DNA of 64,000 nucleotides from Longimicrobiales bacterium (lineage in GTDB: Bacteria > Gemmatimonadota > Gemmatimonadetes > Longimicrobiales > Gaopeijiaceae): NCBI GenBank assembly GCA_965248195.1, contig CBDFIQ010000002.1, positions 96,001 through 160,000 of the forward strand. Direction: 5' to 3'. The notes below the pieces were generated by a model. The model did not search any database, was not told the origin of the DNA, and was given only the letters and a program-made list of their open reading frames with translations. Of the stretch, positions 58,082 through 64,000 are shown piece after piece (the first letter of the stretch is position 1; the number at the start of each line of letters is the position of its first letter). Position numbers and translations under genes: made by a program.

Positions 58082-59470
58082 ATGAGTGAAAATCACCCCC
58101 GCCCATACAACGACGTCACGGAGGTGGTGGGTGCGACCCCTCTGATCCGGCTGAACAGCGTCGCTCGGGACGTCCCCGGGACCATCTATGTGAAATGCGA
58201 GTTCATGAATCCGTCTGGATCCTTGAAGGATCGCATCGGCCTGGCCATGGTGGAGGAAGCCGAGCGCGAAGGGGCGCTCAAGCCCGGAGGGGTGATCGTC
58301 GAGGCGACCAGCGGCAATACGGGGATGGCGCTGGCGATGGTCGCTGCCATACGCGGCTACCGGTGCATCTTCACGATGCCCGACAAGATGAGCCAGGAGA
58401 AGGTGAAGCTCCTGCGCGCTTTCGGGGCGGAGGTGGTCATCGTACCCACCGCGGTGCCCCCGAACCATCCTGAGCACTACTGCGTAAAGGCCGAGACCAT
58501 CGCACGAGAGACACCTGGGGCGATACTCGCCAACCAGTTCAACAACCTGGCAAACCCGCAGGCGCACTACGAGACGACCGGGCCCGAGATCTGGGCACAA
58601 ACGGAAGGAAGAGTCACTCACTTTCTCGCGGGTTCCGGTACCGGGGGTACGATTACCGGCGTGGGTAGATACCTCAAAGAGCGGAACCCGGACGTCCAGA
58701 TCGTGGGTGTGGACCCCGAGGGATCGATTCTTAAGGCCTTCTTCGATACGGAGGAGTTGACCGTGGGCGAGCCCTACAAGGTGGAGGGGATCGGCAGCGA
58801 CAAGATTCCGGGCGCTCTGGACATGAGCGTCGTGGACCGCTGGATCACCGTGACCGATGCCGAGTCGTTCGCGATGACACGCCGCGTCGCGCGGGAGGAG
58901 GGCCTATTCGCTGGGGGCTCGAGTGGACTCGTGGTGCACGCTGCCCTGGAGGTCGCGAAGGACGCCGGCGAGGACGCCGTGGTAGTCACACTACTTTCTG
59001 ACTGGGGTGAGCACTACCTCACCAAGGTCTATGACGACGATTGGATGCGGGAGAACGGGTTCTTGAAGCGGGCGCACCACAGCGTGCATCACCTGGTGGC
59101 CGCAAAGGACCGTGAGCTTCCCGAGCTGGTCACGGTTCAGCCCACCACACCGGTGCGAGTCGCCCTCTCGACGCTCACGTCGTACAACGTGTCGCAGTTA
59201 CCTGTAATCTTAGACGGTGAATGCGTCGGCTCGCTGAACGACGGCGAACTGATGTCCTCTGTGATCGAGGATCCTGAGCTCCTTGACCGGCCGGTCGAGT
59301 CGATCATGGATGCGCCCTTCCCTGTCGTGGATGGCCATATGGACGCCGAGGGGGCCGCACAACTCCTGACTCGGAAGAACTCGGCCGTCCTCGTCCGGGA
59401 CGAGGGTGGGATCGGCGGGATTCTCACCCGGTACGACCTGATCCGTGACCTGACGGGCGCGACCGGCTGA
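58082..59470 (+). CDS. cbs: Cystathionine beta-synthase with C-terminal CBS pair
   Basis: KCEFMNPSGSLKDR, EATSGNTG, GSGTGGT, YKVEGIG, YLTKVYDDDWM, CBS domains. Confidence 0.88.
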   Translation: MSENHPRPYNDVTEVVGATPLIRLNSVARDVPGTIYVKCEFMNPSGSLKDRIGLAMVEEAEREGALKPGGVIVEATSGNTGMALAMVAAIRGYRCIFTMPDKMSQEKVKLLRAFGAEVVIVPTAVPPNHPEHYCVKAETIARETPGAILANQFNNLANPQAHYETTGPEIWAQTEGRVTHFLAGSGTGGTITGVGRYLKERNPDVQIVGVDPEGSILKAFFDTEELTVGEPYKVEGIGSDKIPGALDMSVVDRWITVTDAESFAMTRRVAREEGLFAGGSSGLVVHAALEVAKDAGEDAVVVTLLSDWGEHYLTKVYDDDWMRENGFLKRAHHSVHHLVAAKDRELPELVTVQPTTPVRVALSTLTSYNVSQLPVILDGECVGSLNDGELMSSVIEDPELLDRPVESIMDAPFPVVDGHMDAEGAAQLLTRKNSAVLVRDEGGIGGILTRYDLIRDLTGATG

Positions 59471-59519
59471 TGAGAGTGGTGGGGTACGTCGCGTCCGTGA
59501 GTGGACGGCTGCCCCCCCG

Positions 59520-60578
59520 ATGAGAGTCGTCGTCCTGCTCGGGGGCGAGTCGGAGGAGCGTGATGTTTCGCTCGCCTCCGGGTGCCAGGTGGCCGATGCT
59601 CTGCGGCAGGCAGGCCACGAGGTGGTTGCGTTCGACCCCGTGGGTGGGGCATTTACCCGTGCGGAAGAGGCCAAGACCCTGGCCGAGGGCGTGGGGACCC
59701 TGCCGCCGGGCGAGGTTTCTGATGGGGGGTCCGTCTCGGGGGCCGCGTCAGCCCCTTCCGGTGCCCCTACTGGCACGGCGTTTTCGAATCACGAGGAGAT
59801 CGTTTCGGCCGACGTCGTCTTTCCAGCGCTCCACGGGGGCATGGGCGAGGATGGTACTCTCCAGGCACTGCTCGACCTCGGCGGAGTCACCTACGCGGGA
59901 AGCGGAGTGCTCGCAAGCGCCCTCGCCATGGACAAGGACGTTACAAAGCGCATTCTCCGGGACGCCGGAGTTCCCACGCCGGACTGGCTCGTGAACCCCA
60001 CCGCCCAGGAGGCGGTCGAGGGGCTCGGCCTGCCCATCATCGCCAAACCGGTCGCGGGCGGCTCGTCGGTTCGGCTGTATTTGCTCGACGATGCCGCCGA
60101 AGTGGAGGAGAGGATCAGGGCGGAAGCCGTCCGCGCTTCCGAGAGCGGCGAGGCCTCGGACATGATGTACGAAGCCTTTGTCGCCGGGCGTGAGTTCACC
60201 GTGGGCATCCTGGGGGAGGAGGCCCTGCCAGTGGGCGAGATCGTTTCCGAGCACCGGCTGTTCGACTACGAGTGTAAGTACCAGATGGGCATGGCCGACG
60301 AGATTTTTCCGGCTGAGATCTCGGACGCCTTGGTCCGCACGCTTCAGGAGCGAGCCCTCGAGGTGCACCGGCTACTCCGGCTCAGGGACTTTTCTCGGGT
60401 CGACTTCATGGTCGATGGGGACGGCGAGGCCTGGTGCCTGGAGGCCAACACCCTGCCAGGGATGACCGCGACCAGCCTCCTTCCCCAGGCCGCGCGCGCG
60501 GCGGGCATGACCTTCCCGGAGTTGTGCGATCGGATCGTGCGCATGGCGGCGAAACGGGCCCGAAAAGCTTCGCCCTGA
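59520..60578 (+). CDS. ddl: D-alanine--D-alanine ligase
   Basis: GGESEERDVSLASG, LHGGMGEDG, MDK, GSSV, FDYECKY, RVDF, EANTLPGMT..SLLP. Confidence 0.93.
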   Translation: MRVVVLLGGESEERDVSLASGCQVADALRQAGHEVVAFDPVGGAFTRAEEAKTLAEGVGTLPPGEVSDGGSVSGAASAPSGAPTGTAFSNHEEIVSADVVFPALHGGMGEDGTLQALLDLGGVTYAGSGVLASALAMDKDVTKRILRDAGVPTPDWLVNPTAQEAVEGLGLPIIAKPVAGGSSVRLYLLDDAAEVEERIRAEAVRASESGEASDMMYEAFVAGREFTVGILGEEALPVGEIVSEHRLFDYECKYQMGMADEIFPAEISDALVRTLQERALEVHRLLRLRDFSRVDFMVDGDGEAWCLEANTLPGMTATSLLPQAARAAGMTFPELCDRIVRMAAKRARKASP

Positions 60579-60723
60579 GGAAATTCTGCACGCCCGCCGG
60601 AACCTGTTCGTGAGAACGGGGGTTTGAATTCGAGGCCGAAGTTCGCTTTTTTCGCTGTACTGGCTGTACTGTTAGGGTGGAGAAGGGACTTTGAGAAGCA
60701 CCGCAAATTACGGCTCGGGTGGG

Positions 60724-61530
60724 ATGAACCTCAACTATCAATTGACCCCTTGGGTCAAGCGGCTGCTGATAGCGAATACGGTTGTATTTGCGCTCACCTG
60801 GGTCATCGGCCCGGGATTCGTCTTCGAGTGGTTTTCCTTCCAGCCCGTCAGGGTTTTGTTCCGTCCGTGGACCCTGCTCACCTACATGTTCCTCCACGGT
60901 GATTTTTGGCACGTTTTCATGAACATGCTGGTGCTCTTCTTCTTCGGCCCGCATCTCGAATCGAAGTGGGGGTCGAGGGAATTCATCCGGTACTATCTGG
61001 TGTGCGGCCTCGGAGGGGTAGCACTCAGCTTTCTCTTCGTGTCGTATTCGATCATAGGTGCGTCGGCAGCGGTCTACGGCGTCATGCTGGCGTTCGCCAT
61101 GGCGTGGCCCGACGCTCCCATTTATATCTGGGGCATCTTCCCGGTGAAGGCGAAGTGGCTGGTGGGCTTTTTCGTTCTCATCACCTTCACCAACGCCTTC
61201 GGCGGTGCGGGCGGGGGCGTCGCCCACTTCGCCCATCTCGGTGGCTTCGCTGCGGGCTTCCTTTATCTGAAGACCGACTGGCGTGCCTCGCAGGCGATAC
61301 AAAATATGGGGAAAGCCGCTCGCGCCAGGCGGTTCGCGATCGTTCCTCGGGAGGAGCGGGAGGCGGAAACGAGCGACAGCCGCCGCCGGAGCGACAACGC
61401 CGGCGAGAAAAAGACTTTGGACGCCGTCGACCGAGTCCTGGACAAAATCTCGGCGGAGGGGATGGGGTCCCTCACTGAGCAAGAAAGGAAGCTCCTCGAC
61501 GAGGTATCGAAGAAGCACCGCACGAACTGA
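60724..61530 (+). CDS. Rhomboid intramembrane serine protease
   Basis: MFLHG..H..MNM, GASAAVYG, VAHFAHLGG, C-terminal VDRVLDKIS..G..SLT..E tail. Confidence 0.93.
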   Translation: MNLNYQLTPWVKRLLIANTVVFALTWVIGPGFVFEWFSFQPVRVLFRPWTLLTYMFLHGDFWHVFMNMLVLFFFGPHLESKWGSREFIRYYLVCGLGGVALSFLFVSYSIIGASAAVYGVMLAFAMAWPDAPIYIWGIFPVKAKWLVGFFVLITFTNAFGGAGGGVAHFAHLGGFAAGFLYLKTDWRASQAIQNMGKAARARRFAIVPREEREAETSDSRRRSDNAGEKKTLDAVDRVLDKISAEGMGSLTEQERKLLDEVSKKHRTN

Positions 61531-61663
61531 ACATCGTCGTAGGACCCCCCGTTGGCTCCCTCTTGTGACGCCGTCCTCATCTGGACGAGATGGGCCCTTC
61601 CGCCTACAATCACCGTCCCCTGGGAAAAAAAACGATACGGTGCGAATCGGGTAGGAGGCATAC

Positions 61664-63763
61664 ATGGCGTTCGCCAAAGAGTATACGACGGATAAAATCA
61701 GGAATGTTGCCGTTCTGGGCCACGGCGGAGCCGGGAAGACCAGCCTCATCGACGCCCTCTGTTACACGGCTGGTTCCTCACGACGGAGGGGGAGCGTCAG
61801 CGAGGGAAGCGCGCTCACGATGTACACACCGGAGGAGGCGAGCCACGGGATTTCGCTTCAGTGCACGCCGGCGTTCTGCGAGTATTCGGGCGCCAAAATC
61901 AACCTGTTGGATACTCCGGGCTTCATGGATTTCGTCGGCGAGACGCTGGCGGCGATCCGGGTGGCGGACTCCGCGGTCATTGTGGTGAGCGCCACCTCCG
62001 GAGTGGAGGTAGGCACCGAAACCGTCTGGGAGTATGCGGAAGACCGGGGAATCCCCCGGTTCTTTTTTGTGTCCATGATGGACAAGGAGCACGCCTCCTT
62101 CGAGCGCGTGTATCAGGATATCAAGTCGCGCCTCACCGAAAAGGTCGTGCCCGTCGAGATCCCCATTGGGGAGGGTCCCGACTTCCACGGCATCGTCAAC
62201 CTGTTCAGTGAGCGGGCCCACATCTACAAGCCTGGGACCGAGCAGGGCGAGTACGACGAGGTCGACATCCCGGAGGAGCTCCAGGCCAAGTTCGAAGAGT
62301 GGGAGACCGAGCTTCAGGAGACGCTCGCCACGACCGACGAGGCGCTGCTCGACAAGTATCTCGAGGAGGGCAAGATAACCCGGGATGAGGCCATCCAGGC
62401 CATGCACAATGGCGTGGCGAGTGGCGATATCGTCCCGCTCTTCTGCGGATCGGCGGAACAGTCGTACGGGATGCGAGCGCTACTCCAGAAGCTCGTGGAG
62501 CTCTGCCCCAGCCCCGCTGAAGCGGGCGGCGAGACGGCCCAGCGGACCGGCATGGAGGAGGAGGTGCACCTGTCGGCCTCCGACGACGAGACCTTCTCCG
62601 CGCTCATCTATAAGACGGCGTCGGAGCCCCGCATTGGGGAGATGTCCTACTTCCGCGTCATGAGCGGCTCGGTCAGCAACGGGCAGGAGGTCAAGAACGG
62701 CGAGCGGGGAACCGTCGAAAAGCTGAACCACCTCTCGATACCCATGGGCAAGGAACGCTTCGAGGTCGCCAAGCTCCACGCGGGGGACCTCGGGGTGGTG
62801 GCGAAGCTCAAGGGCGCCCACACCAACGACACGCTTTGCGACATGTCCCGTCCGGTGGTACTCGAGAAGATCTCCTTCCCGAAGCCGGAGATCGCCATGG
62901 CGCTTCTGGGCGAAGGGCGCGGCGACGAAGACAAACTGGGCGAGGTCCTTCCCAAGCTACACGACGAGGACCCCACGTTTCTGGCCGAGTTCGACCCGGA
63001 ACTCCACCAGACGCTCGCCCGGGGGATGGGCGAGCTGCATCTGGCCGTTCAGATGGAGCGCATGAAGCGGAAGTACGGCGTGGCCGTACACATGGAGCAA
63101 CCGAAGATCGGCTACCGGGAAACGATCACGAAGGAGGCCGAGGGACAGGGGCGGCACAAGAAACAGTCCGGCGGACGCGGCCAGTTCGGGGACTGCTGGA
63201 TTCGCCTCAAGCCACGTGCTCCGGGGCACGGGTACGAATTCGTCAATTCCATCAAGGGTGGGGTGATCCCGACCAAGTACGTCCCCTCCGTGAACAAAGG
63301 CATCCAGGAGGCGGCCGCTCGCGGAGTCCTCGCCGGTTTTAAGTGCGTCGACTTCGAGGCGCAGTGTTACGACGGCTCTTACCATTCGGTTGACTCGAGC
63401 GATATCGCCTTCAAGCTGGCCGGCTCCAGCGCGTTCAAGAACGTCGCAGGGAAGTGCCGCCCAGTGATCCTGGAGCCCATCATCGAGGTCACGGTGACCA
63501 CCCCCGAGGACTACGTGGGCGACATCATGAGTGACATGAATCAGCGGCGTGGGAAGGTGCTGGGGATGGAGCCCACCGCGGGACGCACCACGGTCAAGGC
63601 CTTGGTGCCCGAGGCGGAGCTCTACAAGTATTCCACCTCGCTCCGTGCCATCACGCAAGGACGTGCGCGCCACAGCCGGAGCTTCTCCGGGTACGAGGCC
63701 CTTCCGGAACAGGAGGTGCCCAAGGTAATCGCGGCGTCGAAGGAGGCTGCGGAGGCTCACTAA
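61664..63763 (+). CDS. fusA2: Elongation factor G-like protein (EF-G2)
   Basis: IRNVAVLGHGGAGKT, DTPG, EDPT, GMGELHL, YRETI, KKQSGGRGQFG, DGSYHSVDSS, LEPI. Confidence 0.92.
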   Translation: MAFAKEYTTDKIRNVAVLGHGGAGKTSLIDALCYTAGSSRRRGSVSEGSALTMYTPEEASHGISLQCTPAFCEYSGAKINLLDTPGFMDFVGETLAAIRVADSAVIVVSATSGVEVGTETVWEYAEDRGIPRFFFVSMMDKEHASFERVYQDIKSRLTEKVVPVEIPIGEGPDFHGIVNLFSERAHIYKPGTEQGEYDEVDIPEELQAKFEEWETELQETLATTDEALLDKYLEEGKITRDEAIQAMHNGVASGDIVPLFCGSAEQSYGMRALLQKLVELCPSPAEAGGETAQRTGMEEEVHLSASDDETFSALIYKTASEPRIGEMSYFRVMSGSVSNGQEVKNGERGTVEKLNHLSIPMGKERFEVAKLHAGDLGVVAKLKGAHTNDTLCDMSRPVVLEKISFPKPEIAMALLGEGRGDEDKLGEVLPKLHDEDPTFLAEFDPELHQTLARGMGELHLAVQMERMKRKYGVAVHMEQPKIGYRETITKEAEGQGRHKKQSGGRGQFGDCWIRLKPRAPGHGYEFVNSIKGGVIPTKYVPSVNKGIQEAAARGVLAGFKCVDFEAQCYDGSYHSVDSSDIAFKLAGSSAFKNVAGKCRPVILEPIIEVTVTTPEDYVGDIMSDMNQRRGKVLGMEPTAGRTTVKALVPEAELYKYSTSLRAITQGRARHSRSFSGYEALPEQEVPKVIAASKEAAEAH

Positions 63764-63852
63764 CCGTCAGGACCTGAGGCCGGAGGCACGGGGGCGGGCG
63801 CCGGAACCGGAAGGCGTGTCCGCACAGGAAGTACGAGACGGAGGCAGCTGCG

Positions 63853-64000
63853 GTGTCTGGACATAGCAAGTGGGCGACCATCAAGCGCAAGAAGGCGGCG
63901 ACTGACGCCAAGCGCGGCAAGACTTTCACCAAGCTGATCCGAGAGATCACGGTGGCAGCCCGAGATGGTGGGGGCGACCCGAACTTCAACCCGCGCCTTC
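63853..64000 (+). CDS. yebC: YebC/PmpR family protein, runs off the window
   Basis: GTG start; [49 protein letters not shown]; not in ORF track. Confidence 0.93.
   Translation, partial: MSGHSKWATIKRKKAATDAKRGKTFTKLIREITVAARDGGGDPNFNPRL

Noticed and set aside
59520..60578. Van-type D-Ala-D-Lac ligase
   Set aside because: The omega loop FDYECKY retains Tyr as in D-Ala-D-Ala ligases; no vanH/vanX adjacent.
1..64000. tRNA/rRNA genes, prophage or integrase
   Set aside because: None recognised by eye; a tRNAscan/Rfam run would be needed to exclude small RNAs.

Overview
GC-rich bacterial chromosomal window. Gene style (three ECF sigma/zinc anti-sigma pairs, M16 peptidase pair, EF-G2, ApgM, DUF4097) suggests Gemmatimonadota, but this is an inference. 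The left ~16.5 kb is an accessory surface-lipid/glycan island and the best candidate for an undescribed system. It holds a full bacterial ceramide core (serine palmitoyltransferase, YghO/bCerS-like GNAT, CerR-like SDR) and a tandemly duplicated ACP+FabF unit. It also holds a Sur1/Csg1-like GT32, an EXTL2/GINT1-like GT64, a Stealth phosphotransferase, two sulfotransferases (one missing from the ORF track), an ABC exporter, a Wzi-like protein and a flippase-like protein. Together these suggest a putative sulfated or phospho-glycosylated glycosphingolipid pathway. The rest is mostly housekeeping (terC, apgM, holA, copA, mutS, cbs, ddl, rhomboid, fusA2, yebC). Other notable signals: a methyltransferase split by an in-frame Cys-UGA followed by a SECIS-like hairpin (candidate selenoprotein); an IS3-type element interrupting an ECF sigma gene with a GTAA duplication; a 303-bp TA-flanked structured MITE-like element plus an 18-bp collapsed relative; two convergent genes truncated at one junction; a membrane-anchored response regulator with 405-bp acidic repeats; two unannotated small ORFs; and an iodotyrosine deiodinase-like nitroreductase. 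All family assignments come from motif recognition by eye; no searches were run.
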